From the IMG/VR virus record IMGVR_UViG_3300034101_003866, positions 86,249 to 150,248 of that record: a stretch of DNA of 64,000 nt. The stretch is one strand, 5' to 3'. This document shows, in pieces, positions 11,301 through 22,800 of the stretch; position 1 is the first letter of the stretch; every line of letters begins with the position of its first letter. The stretch is from a virus. The notes below the pieces were generated by a model. The model saw only the letters and a list, made by a program, of their open reading frames with translations, did not search any database and was not told the origin of the DNA. Made by a program: the position numbers and the translations under genes.

Positions 11301-14300
11301 TATTACTATCGTCTAATACTATTGGACTAATATAATTCAACATGTATCTTATCCAGTCCATGTCCCAATCATCTTTTCTGGTAGTCTTTAAATATATCAT
11401 CAAGTCTTCAGCAGAAATATTGGATATTACTGTTCTATTAGGATCTTTAGCATTCTCTTCACTAGATAAATTTAAATTAATTCCTGGAGAATCTATTAAG
11501 ATTTTTGGATTTTCAAATCTAACAGGGTCTATATATATAAAACTTTCTTCAACAGACGTGGAAACATAAAGTTTAGATCTTGGAATTGATGTGCTTGTTG
11601 TTCCATTATTATCTTTGATTTCTGTTTGCCAAGCGTCATATGACTTTACTATTGATTCTAAAGTTAATGCCGCTCCCATATTTCCAGTAGTGACTATACT
11701 GGTGCCAACACTTGCGATATATTTTTGGTCAACTATAACATAGTCATTATTTGATAAAGAAGAAATATCTAATGATGGAAATACGTAGCTATCAGTACAA
11801 CTTCTTGTTTTATATTCATTAAGAGTAAGCCAACTATCATAACTAAAGTATGGATTTGCCTGTTCTTTTATAAGGTCTTGAAGTGGTGTAGTGGCATTAG
11901 CTGCTACACACTTTGCTTGTCTAATATAATCATAATTATAATTATTGTTATAGCCCAATAATGGTTGGATCTTACCAGAATCGTCCGTTAATGTCATCCA
12001 TTGTGTTCCTCCAACGGCCATACTATCATCTATTATATTTCCATATTCTTCCCAGGCGCCATCATTAGTTGGAGTATAATTATATCTTAAATTACCATCT
12101 CCACTAAATATATATCCATATCCAACATTTGTGGGAAAAGCGAATCCGGTAACACTATCTTCTCTGTAGGTTCTTAACTGATCAGCGGACACCATGTATT
12201 TTTTGCCATAATACTTTGCAATTTCCATAATAAATTTATGAAGTATTTTTAAATCTTGCAAAGCTTTTTCTTGAATATACTGACTTCCATCATTTTTATC
12301 TGGATAAACGGCAGTTGGATATAATTCGTCTCCGGCAATATTAGGGCCAAGTAATTTCCAATACCAGTCTGTTTCTTGAAAAGCAATTTTTTCAGCTTCA
12401 GCAAGTTCCATACCCATATTATTTACTAGTTCATTTCGTGTTTTAATATAGTAGGCTCTTCTTATTAATTCTATTAAATCTGGCTTGTATGTTTTTGCTA
12501 ATGAATAAACAAGATAGTTATCAAATCCGGCTATTGCTGCTCGTATCTCAGATTCTGTTAATACAAAAAATTCTACAGGATCATAACTATTTAATATTCC
12601 AAGATTATTATATGTTGTTGTTGGAGGATCCAGATTTGCTGTTTGAGGAAGAGGAAAGCTATTTCCAGTTTCAAGATATGCTCGACTAATTGACACATTA
12701 AGTTTTGGTAATTCTGATACTCTTACTATTATAGATATTTGAGATGTCCAGGTATCATACCATACTGGACGTATTCTTCTAAAATCAGTATTTGCAGCAT
12801 CATTGCCTCCAACCTTTAATCCAATTTTATTATCATAAACGAAACCAAAAAATGGACAAATATTATCTAAATATAATGGAAACCATCTTCCTTTAGAAGT
12901 GTCTGTTTGTGAATATGCGATAGGATGACTATTTTTAAAGCAAGGTTCATAATTACCATATTTAACATTAACACCATCTAAGAGTTCGTTTTTTGTGTTC
13001 CATATGGCGTCATTAGTGTCAAAACCTCTTGAGGCAGCGGTTTGTATAGCATCTTCGTCATTAATTATACTAACATATGCTGTCTCTAGTCTGCTTGATG
13101 TTCCCAGATAATCTGATATCTTTGTATTTCTTGAACTATTAAAGTTTGGAAATCTTATTTTACCGTGACCATATTGCTTAGTTGTAATAGTTGGGGCATC
13201 GTTACCTGTTGGTGCTCCATCAGCCAAAGAATAGTAATTAACAAATTTTCTTGTTCTGGGATTATAAATAAAATTATTCTGAGTATATGCTAATCTATAA
13301 CTTTTTACTTGATATAATCTTTGTTGTTGTCCTCCAACAACCAAACATCTTGATGGAGTATCATTCTTTTCTTTTCCGATGGTGTTAGATGATACTTGAT
13401 AATTATTACATTCTAATGATTTTATAGTATTTTCAATAAGATTCGTACTAGGCTGTTTTAGTCTTGATATAGCTTTAACTTTTATAACATGATAAAGTTT
13501 CGTCTGATGTACTCGTGGAATCATTTCTATGCTAAAGTCACAACCAGCTCTTTCTCCAATATCATTTAATAAATCGGTTATGCTAAGAAATGGTCCTGTG
13601 GTTCGTATATCATTTGGCAATCTTTTCTTTATTCTAGTATTATCTGTATAAATCACATCATGAAGATCTAATACGAATTGACATCTATTTGTTCCAGCAG
13701 TATCTGCCATAGCATTTAAAGGTTGAGGATATACTACTCCAAATCTATTAAAAGCTGATGTTATTGGTTCATATAAATTGTCATTATCCTCTCTTTGCAT
13801 ACATTTGGATATGATTCTTCCAAATGGAGAAAATGCTCTTTTTATAGCTTCATTATTTCTGCCACTTAAAACAGTGTCTAATTTAAATCCGCTATCATGA
13901 GTTACTGAAGTTAACATCATTAAAGCATCTAGAATAGAATTTATACTAACTCCTCTATCGTCTGGTCGTGCTATTCCATAGTTTCCAGCGCCAAAAGACT
14001 CTAAAAATCCATAAATATTGAAAATATTAGGGATTGTTCCGTGCTTTAAATCAGTATCGGTATAAGTGGCACCAAGAGATTTTAAATAATTCTTTGGGCC
14101 GCCATATGTTGATGTTTGAGCCTTGCTAAAAATTGATCCAGCATATTTATCAACTATAATATAAGAAGAATTAAGAATGGTCTGTGGACCATTAATAATA
14201 ACAGTATAATTTTTACCTCCGCTACCAATATCTCGTGACCAAGATTGAACAAAGCCCCCAAATTGAAAATCCCCCATTTTAAAATAAACAGGAGTATCGA

Positions 14301-14784
14301 TTATATCATATTTGTATCCTGGATGACTATTCTCAGCAACGTTTGAGTAATTATTATTTTCTTGTATCCTTGTTTTTCTTCCAAAAAATCCAGGATCAGG
14401 ATCTTTCCAGTATTTTGAGATTAATCCTTTAGTTTCTGATAATTCATAGTATACTTTTCCTGGAACTATTCTGTTTTCTATTGGAGTAGTCTCAGCAGCT
14501 GCCGCCCCAGTATATTTATCAATAAAACATCCTACTCCTTTACAAAGAGTATAATGATCATCACTATTAATAGAACCAGTGAACTGCTGATACATGCTTC
14601 CGTCATTTGTTGTTGGAGACGGATCACAAGAGTAGACCAATTCATCTTCTACTAAATTAACGGTCAATTGTGATGGCTGTGTTCCCCAACCAAAGTTGCT
14701 AGTGAAACTGGCTACACTAGCTCCTAAGAATAATGTTTGAGCAATCGGCTTATTATCGCCACTTGGGCATACTGTTGTTGGCAT
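8359..14784 (-). CDS. 2141-aa putative baseplate hub/tail-tip protein
   Basis: Size, position downstream of the TMP, beta-rich N-terminus, late coiled-coil and a CPFC...CDKC pair; start/stop coupled to neighbours. Function from context only. Confidence 0.55.
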   Translation of the reverse strand: MPTTVCPSGDNKPIAQTLFLGASVASFTSNFGWGTQPSQLTVNLVEDELVYSCDPSPTTNDGSMYQQFTGSINSDDHYTLCKGVGCFIDKYTGAAAAETTPIENRIVPGKVYYELSETKGLISKYWKDPDPGFFGRKTRIQENNNYSNVAENSHPGYKYDIIDTPVYFKMGDFQFGGFVQSWSRDIGSGGKNYTVIINGPQTILNSSYIIVDKYAGSIFSKAQTSTYGGPKNYLKSLGATYTDTDLKHGTIPNIFNIYGFLESFGAGNYGIARPDDRGVSINSILDALMMLTSVTHDSGFKLDTVLSGRNNEAIKRAFSPFGRIISKCMQREDNDNLYEPITSAFNRFGVVYPQPLNAMADTAGTNRCQFVLDLHDVIYTDNTRIKKRLPNDIRTTGPFLSITDLLNDIGERAGCDFSIEMIPRVHQTKLYHVIKVKAISRLKQPSTNLIENTIKSLECNNYQVSSNTIGKEKNDTPSRCLVVGGQQQRLYQVKSYRLAYTQNNFIYNPRTRKFVNYYSLADGAPTGNDAPTITTKQYGHGKIRFPNFNSSRNTKISDYLGTSSRLETAYVSIINDEDAIQTAASRGFDTNDAIWNTKNELLDGVNVKYGNYEPCFKNSHPIAYSQTDTSKGRWFPLYLDNICPFFGFVYDNKIGLKVGGNDAANTDFRRIRPVWYDTWTSQISIIVRVSELPKLNVSISRAYLETGNSFPLPQTANLDPPTTTYNNLGILNSYDPVEFFVLTESEIRAAIAGFDNYLVYSLAKTYKPDLIELIRRAYYIKTRNELVNNMGMELAEAEKIAFQETDWYWKLLGPNIAGDELYPTAVYPDKNDGSQYIQEKALQDLKILHKFIMEIAKYYGKKYMVSADQLRTYREDSVTGFAFPTNVGYGYIFSGDGNLRYNYTPTNDGAWEEYGNIIDDSMAVGGTQWMTLTDDSGKIQPLLGYNNNYNYDYIRQAKCVAANATTPLQDLIKEQANPYFSYDSWLTLNEYKTRSCTDSYVFPSLDISSLSNNDYVIVDQKYIASVGTSIVTTGNMGAALTLESIVKSYDAWQTEIKDNNGTTSTSIPRSKLYVSTSVEESFIYIDPVRFENPKILIDSPGINLNLSSEENAKDPNRTVISNISAEDLMIYLKTTRKDDWDMDWIRYMLNYISPIVLDDSNNPYFLGLYTVSSNHTANNVELAPKAAHPFFAGIPIKSNQFVYGPWTNYPALEGTGIFPSGQLVTQSSTFPLTCTYSSRATTQEEVDKALNNLISNVNIEFNDDFVPWNYGGMHQLDIVAFKEIQTKVNYQSVIETAQLDMPGLPLFNIGGNFALANTGLHIISPSGYGYKDVKDSVASVVDLSYIPGATISFSPNTENTVTAIYKVLDLKTPPYFVDGPIITSIQTSVGQQGISTTYSFRTYTRKLGLFNKEETDRIKRANRLNLKRGKQIAQISQEITNLKNKERDLILQERLNNAQFGSSDLSSKLFSWSPSTVLVGQASPLINEPSRTPKVIDDFSISSSPGAFDTRTSKATNWALVPSSDVGQPSSSTLETASSISSLKSIARVTSTVQLFQRKELENQLSKDYGMQSAMSLDGILSPVSFYPTFKNSTFSYSLHNTLNCPFCRGTKVRDISVVQYDKTGTRTEVATKITCDKCGNAGEKLNAKIVTDEDIPINLITLNPIVVPYGEFKNSNSQNYTGAHPDGAHDDIGGLTTGGRIFRDRLRHCIEIVARGSVPQNQAGYKLETSRNLRAHTNHPAGVPSNNLDYYPTDEALYNIRSQAQDTLNMLHENNQRFFGLRGPLTLHAWGYDADGYPVPNAADEPLAYDNFGRPKRFKLKLTNSGAAKKYSSLSVGELFTISGNTNVFAKTFNYENLPSSWSSLSTTAINNSDVTPIKIEDNMDVDGGYDPGPTPTAGNPIDYTQGFKGSIISKTQKFTGKWSEKVKLNDFYLNWAERPDLWKVGPIDLIWDQDRMVWAGGGGGEEIDPPYILTNSNDITTLKSFLDKKAKKKYIYRMIYATLEEDLIKQPDFDETYVTRGYIDDIEFSSEPLRQGYRRLIYIKDKTGYCAPRGTKLLCRYNKKTGFYEPVSKPSLVVKGKTTSATQALIDMHYVQGRRSGVVPTMTVNFDNPLGFTVTTNVIAIFTFLNGKWTLTAIK

Positions 14785-14785
14785 A

Positions 14786-16759
14786 TTAATAATCTAAATA
14801 ATTTTTACTATTTGTACATTGCTGATAAACCCATCCAACTGATTTTGAGTATCTTCCATTAGTAGGATCCCATGATTGAGTATCATTGGTCACATAAACT
14901 TGTCCTTGGGCATTATTATTACCCCTATTAAAATTAGCACTTCCGAATATGTATGAAGCCCTATCTCCAAATGGCTTTAATCCTTCAATAATTCCTGTTA
15001 TAGTCTGATACACCGTTCCACCCGTCCACAACGGACAAGTGGTATTTTGCATAAAGAATCCACCCATGCTCGACGGAGGAACCACTCCAACCTCTATTGT
15101 TACGCTTTTTCTTGTTGATGTTTTTGTTCCAAGATTTTGTAAAACTGGCCCTAATGATCGACCCAAAACGAAAGCTTCTCCGATAACATCTGTTGGTCCA
15201 GTTTCTTCAATACTGACACTTTCATATAAAACACCACTTATTATTGTAAACTTATTATTAAACTCATAACTATATGATATACTACCCTTCTTAGGATTAT
15301 GTGTTTCAGAAGTTGATATCGGTATAATATTTAATACGGAATTTCTAGAATATACTGGATTATTTGGGGGCTGTGGTGGATTAGATGCTCCTGGTATATA
15401 TCCTTTTGTTCTGTCAGAACTGCTCATTGGTATACAGGCTCTTCTGTACAAATATGGCTTAACTTCATTTATCCATCCACTAACAGCATTAGCATACTTA
15501 CTAGCCATTAAATTTTTGGTTGCTTGTAATCCATTATCTGCTATTGTTGTATTAAATGATAAATTGTCTAACAATCCAGTAGATGAACTTAAATCTAATT
15601 TTATCGGACTTCCACTACCACTAACGTATGGCAAACCAGTAATACTTGGACTACTAATACTTAATCCTATAATATCTCCTTGAACTCTAACAGTATGAAT
15701 ATATTTATCGTCAGTACTCATTTCTAGCGAATAATCTTCAATAAAAGTTATGCCAGTTGGCATAGCCAGCCAAGTATCGGTTATCTCATATCTAGCAGAA
15801 AGAACGTCAAAATTAGTGGATCTGAGATGATTATAAAAATATCCAGCAGACATTGGAGACCATAGAGCATTTCCTGTCTTTTTATCAAAAACAGCAGATG
15901 ATCGTTCCATCACCCAGTTTTTAGCATTATTAAATGCTGATACTGCTAATGCCGGATATCTGTCAAAATCTATTTTATTACTAAGAGACAAATTACTTTG
16001 ACAAAACCCCGTCCCTGATGGTATCCCTACTGCACTAATTGTTCTAGAAACTTTAAACTGAGGAATATTTAGATAATTAATATCAACTGATGCTACTGCT
16101 GTTCCTCCAGTATTTGTTTGGGTAGATTGGGGTTGTCCAGCAGTAGTGGTTGGCGCTGTTGGCTTTAACTTAGGATTATCATACTCTGTTTTTTGTATTA
16201 CATTAATAGTACCTTTACTATAAACATAATCTTCTAATGGTTCTATACTCCAACTATCACTATAATCTTTAACATACCAACCACTATACGCAGGTTCCAA
16301 ATACTCCAATACAGCGGTATAGTCTGCTGTATATATCCAATTGTCGTTGCTTTTATTAAAGTCAAAACTAACTGTTCTTACTCCAGCAGCACTAAATAGA
16401 GATGTTTCTGCTGCGGTTGGGGATGTTTTACACTTTATTTCAAAACTTCCACACGTATTAATTTTAAAAATTTGACTTAATCCATTGATTCCTGACATTA
16501 TTGGACCTATTCCACTACCATTAGACGATTCCTTGGTGCTAACTTTACCCGTTAATGTTATTCTGTTGGTAAAAACCACAGTCTCTCCTGCTTCGTTTCT
16601 TTCAACAGAAGTAGAAAAATCGATGAAGGGGGTTGGTCCAGCAACAGTATGGATACCGCTACCATTATAATATACGCTAACAGCACGACTAGGAGGTTGA
16701 TCAGATTGTATACTAGCAAAATCTTGTGTAGAATTTAGAGCTTCTAATGAATAAACCAT
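14786..16759 (-). CDS. Putative distal-tail/baseplate structural protein (about 657 aa)
   Basis: Beta-rich ORF preceding the two giant tip proteins; ATG at 16759 is preceded by AAGGA (track start is 16765). Confidence 0.5.
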   Translation of the reverse strand: MVYSLEALNSTQDFASIQSDQPPSRAVSVYYNGSGIHTVAGPTPFIDFSTSVERNEAGETVVFTNRITLTGKVSTKESSNGSGIGPIMSGINGLSQIFKINTCGSFEIKCKTSPTAAETSLFSAAGVRTVSFDFNKSNDNWIYTADYTAVLEYLEPAYSGWYVKDYSDSWSIEPLEDYVYSKGTINVIQKTEYDNPKLKPTAPTTTAGQPQSTQTNTGGTAVASVDINYLNIPQFKVSRTISAVGIPSGTGFCQSNLSLSNKIDFDRYPALAVSAFNNAKNWVMERSSAVFDKKTGNALWSPMSAGYFYNHLRSTNFDVLSARYEITDTWLAMPTGITFIEDYSLEMSTDDKYIHTVRVQGDIIGLSISSPSITGLPYVSGSGSPIKLDLSSSTGLLDNLSFNTTIADNGLQATKNLMASKYANAVSGWINEVKPYLYRRACIPMSSSDRTKGYIPGASNPPQPPNNPVYSRNSVLNIIPISTSETHNPKKGSISYSYEFNNKFTIISGVLYESVSIEETGPTDVIGEAFVLGRSLGPVLQNLGTKTSTRKSVTIEVGVVPPSSMGGFFMQNTTCPLWTGGTVYQTITGIIEGLKPFGDRASYIFGSANFNRGNNNAQGQVYVTNDTQSWDPTNGRYSKSVGWVYQQCTNSKNYLDY

Positions 16760-16783
16760 AATCAAATATCCTTAGTATCTTAT

Positions 16784-19700
16784 TTATGCTATATCAGACC
16801 AATTATGAGAGTATCCTGTTCTGAAAGTATAACCAGCACTACTAGATATTAATATCGTTGTGCTATTAGCAATTGTGATAATAATTTTATTTCTATCTCC
16901 TCCATCCGTATGAGTCCACACTTTAAAGATGGGACTAAGTGCTCCAAGACCAGACATTGCCTGAGTCCAAGAAGCCTTATTATCTGTTGAATGATATATT
17001 TTTCCCTCAGTTGTTGTGACAGCATATCGCCCATTACCCACATATATTCCATATCCATACGTAATTTTATCTACATTAAACATACTGCTTTGTCCAGATC
17101 CATTTATTATGGTACTCCAGCTTATTCCATTACTACTAGTCGCTACGCCCATTCCTGCTCCAAGTGATCTATTTCCTATTATTATAAACTCATTATTAAG
17201 ATATTCTAATGATGAACAAGGCACAATTGGTCCTCCAAATGACCTTACTGTCCATGTTAATCCATCCGGCGATGTTGAACAGGTGCTTGAATTTTCTGTG
17301 GCGGCCACAATTATATTAGCACCATAAGCAATTCCTTTCCAATTAGCACTAGCAGGTAATGAAGAATAACTAACACTATTAACACTACCATTTAAGAATT
17401 TAATAATAGCAATTTCAGAACTAGTATTGGACGTTAATATAAAGTTATTATTAATAGGATCATATGTAGAACTAATCCACAAATGAATGACACCAGGCAT
17501 GTCATCTGCCATATCATATGATTGCCAAGTTATACCATTATCAGTAGAATAATTAATAATATAACTATTATATGCTGCAGCAACGAACACTCCATTGCCA
17601 TAAGATATTGTTGTCCACAATTGATTATCTGGTAAGTTCTTTAAGAGATAAGCATCACCATAGTCTTGAGATACCATAGCCTTGTTATTGCTGTATGCTA
17701 CAGCAACAGCATTAGCTTGAGGTATGGCACTAGTTACTGTTGGAGTTATGGTTACTGTTTGAGTTACTGTTGGAGTGGTGGTTGTTGTTATAGTAGGAGT
17801 GATTGTTGGAGTAATGCTAATTGTTGGAGTTGGAGTTTGTGTTGATGTTATACTCGGTGTTATTGAAACTGTTGGCGTTATTGTTCTGGTTGGAGTAGCC
17901 GTGGCAGTTACACTAATAGTAGGAGTAACTGTTGTTGTTGGACTAATTGATATTGTTGGGGTAATTGTGACAGTATTTGTTACACTTGGAGTTATGCTAA
18001 TTGTTGGGGTGATTGTATTAGTAGGAGTAATTGATGGGGTATTTGTTATCGTTATAGTTGGAGTAATACTGGTAGTTGGAGTTATGCTAGTTGTTGGAGT
18101 TATAGTAGATGTTACGGTTATTGTAGGAGTTGCTGTAACTGTTGGAGTTAATGACTTTGTTGGAGTTTTTGTGACTGTAGGAGTTATAGTATTAGTTGGA
18201 GTTAAACTATTAGTTTGAGTAATAGTTGGAGTAACTGTTTGAGTAATAGTTAATGATAATGATGGAGTTACTGTAATGGTTGGTGAAGGAGTTAACGAAG
18301 ACGATACTGTTACAGTAGGGGTTGCGGTACGCGTTACGGTATTGGTCGGAGTACTAGTTAGAGTGGATGTATTTGTTAGTGTTATTGTCGGGGTTTGCGA
18401 TGGAGTTGCTGTTACAGTTGGGGTGATGGTTTTTGTTGGCGTTGGACTAACATTGGGTGGTTCGTACAAAATTGCAACATTAGGAACAAGTTTTCCTTGT
18501 AATAAGAATCCTTTGTATAAAACTTCTATTTCATCACCAGAATAAACTGCATTTTGATAAATTAATTGACCAAGATTAATTGGAACAACTAGACTTTTGG
18601 ATGGTGTCGGGGTTATTGTTGATGTTCGTGTTGGTGTTTTGGTAGTGGTTCGTGTTGGTGTTGTGGTTTTAGTTATAGTCGGAGTAACAGTCTGTGTTGG
18701 TGTTACTGTTGGAGTCACAGTTCTTGTTTGAGACACTGTTCTGGTAACAGTTTTGGTCGGAGTTATAGTTTGAGTAGCGCTAATAGATACTGTGGGTGTC
18801 TTTGTTGCTGTAACACTTTTGGTTGGAGTAACACTCTTAGTAACTGTTGGTGTTGCTGTTCTAGTTGGTGTTTTTGTTGGGGTGGCTGTTTTAGTTGGCG
18901 TAGGGGTTGGGGTGGCTGTGTAGCATACGCTTTCTGGACTAGTTTTATAAGCTTCTCCATTATCATCAACAATAACAGCATTAGGAGCAACATCACTTTG
19001 TGTTGCATACGTCCAGAATCCGGTATTAGCTCCGCCGCCTTTATAAAAAGCGGCTTTATACCATTCATTCTCGTTAGGAATCCAGTAAGTATTTTTGTTA
19101 GATGGTGATGGTTTGGATGTTCCCTCGATTATTCCGCTTAAACTATAAACTCCAGACTCAGTATCGTTTCCAGTTTGTCCACCATTATGTAGCCAATTAA
19201 CATATCGTGCAGCACAAAACCAATTCATAAAATTAACTGGCTTATTCCCCATATCCATTTTTGCAGAATATGTGAAGCCTACCGACGAAGATCCTGATCT
19301 ATTGATTCCGCCCCTAGGATCATCGCTCATTTCGGGTATCCATAATGCTAGCCCAAAATTAGACGTACTAGCAACCGCATTTAAAAACTGAACATATTCA
19401 GAGTTTGTTATAGCATACTTTTTAATTTGATAATTATAAGCTACTGCACCATAATTATTATTAGCAGCATCACCGGTATTATTAGAGTCCGTCACTAGTG
19501 CATAATTAGTTGAATCTATTAACGATGCTGTTTTGGCTATTCTGAATCCTATATCATTTCTTTTTCCATCAACATAATTAATATCAGAATAATTTTTAGC
19601 TAATTGACCACTAGCACTTACGAAAGATCCTCCTCTGAATTTAGGATAACCGTCAACAAAAGTATCAACTATCTCATTAATGTTTCCGCTCTGATCATAG

Positions 19701-19810
19701 GTTCCATAGTAACTAGAGATTCCATTTAATCCTACTGCTGATAAGTTACCAGTAATCCCATTCCAAACAGCCTGACTATTATAGTTAGAACTATTACAAT
19801 TATTTAACAT
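16784..19810 (-). CDS. Adhesin/fibre-like protein: permuted FGE-sulfatase (C-lectin fold) domain, Thr/Pro stalk, C-terminal beta-propeller
   Basis: YGTYDQSGN..E, RGGSF, IGFR, ITNSEYVQFLN, NKPV, EWYKAAFY motifs; about 400 aa of TPT repeats; W..I.YG.G.FVA and S.DG.TW blades. Confidence 0.8.
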   Translation of the reverse strand: MLNNCNSSNYNSQAVWNGITGNLSAVGLNGISSYYGTYDQSGNINEIVDTFVDGYPKFRGGSFVSASGQLAKNYSDINYVDGKRNDIGFRIAKTASLIDSTNYALVTDSNNTGDAANNNYGAVAYNYQIKKYAITNSEYVQFLNAVASTSNFGLALWIPEMSDDPRGGINRSGSSSVGFTYSAKMDMGNKPVNFMNWFCAARYVNWLHNGGQTGNDTESGVYSLSGIIEGTSKPSPSNKNTYWIPNENEWYKAAFYKGGGANTGFWTYATQSDVAPNAVIVDDNGEAYKTSPESVCYTATPTPTPTKTATPTKTPTRTATPTVTKSVTPTKSVTATKTPTVSISATQTITPTKTVTRTVSQTRTVTPTVTPTQTVTPTITKTTTPTRTTTKTPTRTSTITPTPSKSLVVPINLGQLIYQNAVYSGDEIEVLYKGFLLQGKLVPNVAILYEPPNVSPTPTKTITPTVTATPSQTPTITLTNTSTLTSTPTNTVTRTATPTVTVSSSLTPSPTITVTPSLSLTITQTVTPTITQTNSLTPTNTITPTVTKTPTKSLTPTVTATPTITVTSTITPTTSITPTTSITPTITITNTPSITPTNTITPTISITPSVTNTVTITPTISISPTTTVTPTISVTATATPTRTITPTVSITPSITSTQTPTPTISITPTITPTITTTTTPTVTQTVTITPTVTSAIPQANAVAVAYSNNKAMVSQDYGDAYLLKNLPDNQLWTTISYGNGVFVAAAYNSYIINYSTDNGITWQSYDMADDMPGVIHLWISSTYDPINNNFILTSNTSSEIAIIKFLNGSVNSVSYSSLPASANWKGIAYGANIIVAATENSSTCSTSPDGLTWTVRSFGGPIVPCSSLEYLNNEFIIIGNRSLGAGMGVATSSNGISWSTIINGSGQSSMFNVDKITYGYGIYVGNGRYAVTTTEGKIYHSTDNKASWTQAMSGLGALSPIFKVWTHTDGGDRNKIIITIANSTTILISSSAGYTFRTGYSHNWSDIA
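17730..18920 (-). repeat. Thr/Pro-rich coding repeat, about 6-aa period (TVTPTI-like)
   Basis: Imperfect 18-nt periodic repeats (gttggagt.. on + strand), interrupted once by a roughly 50-aa unique segment near 18450-18600. Confidence 0.9.
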
Positions 19811-19824
19811 ATTTTAATAGTCCT

Positions 19825-22800
19825 TTAGAAATTATTAGTAACTGAAAACGTAACTGTTTGTGATGGTGCAGAAACAATGGAGTATCCAGCTCCAGCTGGA
19901 TCGCTGCCATTAATATTAACGGGAGAGTAAAGAGCATAGACTCTAGCTTTATAATTACCTAAACCTACCGGAAAATGAGATCCAAAAGTATAGCTAGTTT
20001 CAGTAGCTGATATTTGGCGAGAGCTGAAGAAAATATTAGTCGATAAATCGACATACATGACTGCTACATAACCATATAGAGTAAGAGAAATTCCTGGGAC
20101 TAATAGTGTCTGTGTCGGATGGCTCCATGTTATTGCGGCTTGTAAATCTCCTCCTGTCGCGCTTAGAATATTTGGAGCACATGGATTTGCAGTATCATTA
20201 TTAGGGTTCCACCTATACCATCCTGCATTTATCATACCTGCTATAGTTCTTGGGTCCTGATTAAATCCAAAATTGTAACTAATATATCTACTAAATAGTC
20301 TAATATAGACTGGTCTATTATTTAAATCTACAGGTGGATTACGATAGTATCTCATGCTAGACAGGTCTACTGGCCAACTATAGGTATAATTTTGTATTGA
20401 TGCAACTGAAGAAAAGGGCAAATCATTCTTGGCCCATTGAAAAGTACTATCGAATATGGAACTATTAGAACTATTACCTAAATAAACACCATAGCTATAA
20501 CCATATAGTGGAATTGAATCTACTGTTGTGTCTAGTGGTGTTTTCCATGTTAAAAGTGCTGAATCCTGATATGATTGCATTACAAAATTCGAAGGAGCAT
20601 TAGCACTATCGGATAAAAGACGATCATTTCGCATGCTAGGACTAATTGTCATTGTTGGAGTAACGGTTACGGTACTAGTTACTGTTGGAGTAGTAGTTGG
20701 AGTAAATGATGGACTAACAGTAATTGTTGGAGTAACTGTGGGTGTTTGCGTATTTGTCGGAGTTACAGTTATTGTGGGTGTTACTGTTGAGGTTACCGTT
20801 GGAGTCACTGTCTCTGTTGGAGTAACTGTAATTGTTGGAGTAATTGTCTGTGTTGTTGAAACGGTTTGTGTTACTGTTGGTGTTGTAGTAATAGTAATAG
20901 TTGGTGTTGGTGTTAGTGTTGAAGTTACACTGGGTGTTGGAGTATTCGTTGAAGTTACTGTTGCTGTTGGTGTTACTGTTGATGTTATTGTTGGAGTAAC
21001 TGTGATTGTTGGCGTGACAGTTCTTGTTACTGTTGGAGTAACTGTTCTTGTTGGATAAGGAGTTTTGGTAACTGTTCTTGTAACCATCGGAAGTCTGGTT
21101 GCGCCTATTTCACAATCATTACTAAGACTATCACACTTTACCACAGTATTATTCTGATAAAAGACACGAGGAAGAGGAATACTTGAACTAATAATACCAA
21201 GAGTATTAGTATAATCTCCATCTAGCCAAGTATTACTTATCGGAGGATCAGGATATGCAGGATTCATAATATAATATAGAAAATCTTCTCCCCCTGCTGT
21301 GCTCTTTTGAAAAGCCCAATATGTTGTATATGGATATGCTGCTAGAGTAGTAAGACCAATTCTTGGATAAGAGTTTTTACCATCTTTACTATAAAAATAA
21401 CTACCATTACTATCAGTAGTAGTTGATAAATAATAAATACCATTAATTCCATCTTGTACAGCCTGACCACCAGAAACAATAATATCAGAACTATTCATTA
21501 GTTTACTAGTTAATACTAACATTTTCATTGGCCAATATTTCGTAATTTGCACCATGATTTGTTCTGTTGTACTAGAAGCAATAAATGCCACGATTGGTTT
21601 ATCTATAGTGGCAGTATATGGAGATTCTTCGCTTAAAGTAAAGTAAGCAACATATTTATTTCCAGGAATAAGATTCGTGAATGTTACTAAATGTCCAACA
21701 TTCTGAGGTGTTGGTCCATTGCCGTATGGGTCAATATCAGAACATGATGGAGCATTATTGCTTTGAGTAGCGTAATTATAAAATCCACTGGGTATTATAG
21801 AATAAAAATCAAATACTCCAGGATTTTCAAAACTATTAGTTGACATATTAAATATGCCAGGAGAAATAGTGATATTAGTAGTAATAGGATCATCATAATT
21901 TATACTAGTAACAGTTGACCATGCTCCATTTTTTAAAATTTTCCAACCAGTTGTTACCGGAATAACGCTTTCTAAGTTTTGAACAGGGAGTGTGGCTGAG
22001 TCTTCAAATGGATTACCATTAGTATATGACCATTTCTGAACATCATTCAGATTATCTGAATAATAAGCTGCTTTATACCATTCTCTTCTTGAGGGTAAAT
22101 AATATCTAGCATTTGCTGATCTTGATATATCAAACTGTATACCATCGACACCAACAGAAGGACTGGATACAAAATCATAGGCACCAGTATCTATTATTTT
22201 TGTATTAGCATTATCTACTCTGTTATGTAGCCAATTACAATATCTCATTGCCATAAAAGCTGATACATAATTTACTGGTTTATTTCCCATATTTTGTAAT
22301 ACTGCATATTTTGAACCAGCAACATCATTATAGTCAAAACCTATTCCTCCATAAGTAGTATTTGACATAATCGAATGGTATAATAATCCAGAATTTCTAG
22401 AAGCTAATTGTCCATAACTATTACTATAATCAGATTCATCAGCAAGCAAACCACTAGGATCAACAGAATTTAAGAAGTCTACATATTGCTGATTCGTAAC
22501 TTCTAAAGCTGATGCTTTGAAATTAGAACTAATTGATCTAATAATAAATGGATAATTCCCAGCAATGTCTCTAAATCCGGGTGTCAAAAAGTTTGTAGAA
22601 TTATCTACAGTTTTAAGTATTGATATTTTACCAAAATATTCACTATATATGTCTTTATCTATTGTATACCACTCTTTTCTATCTCTATGATGTCCATAAA
22701 GTATAGATCCATCATAATTTATAGCTAATTGTAATATAGCAGGAGAGGATCCTGGACCACTTAATTGGGCATTTTTAATAAATACTGGCGATCCACCCGT

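Noticed and set aside
17730-18920. Periodic DNA repeats as a possible CRISPR array
   Set aside because: Degenerate in-frame 18-nt coding repeats without constant repeat and unique spacer structure
17775-21058. Plus-strand Val/Gly-rich ORFs (17775..18218, 18276..18545, 20633..21058) that look like membrane proteins
   Set aside because: They are the antisense reading of Thr/Pro codon repeats in the real minus-strand genes
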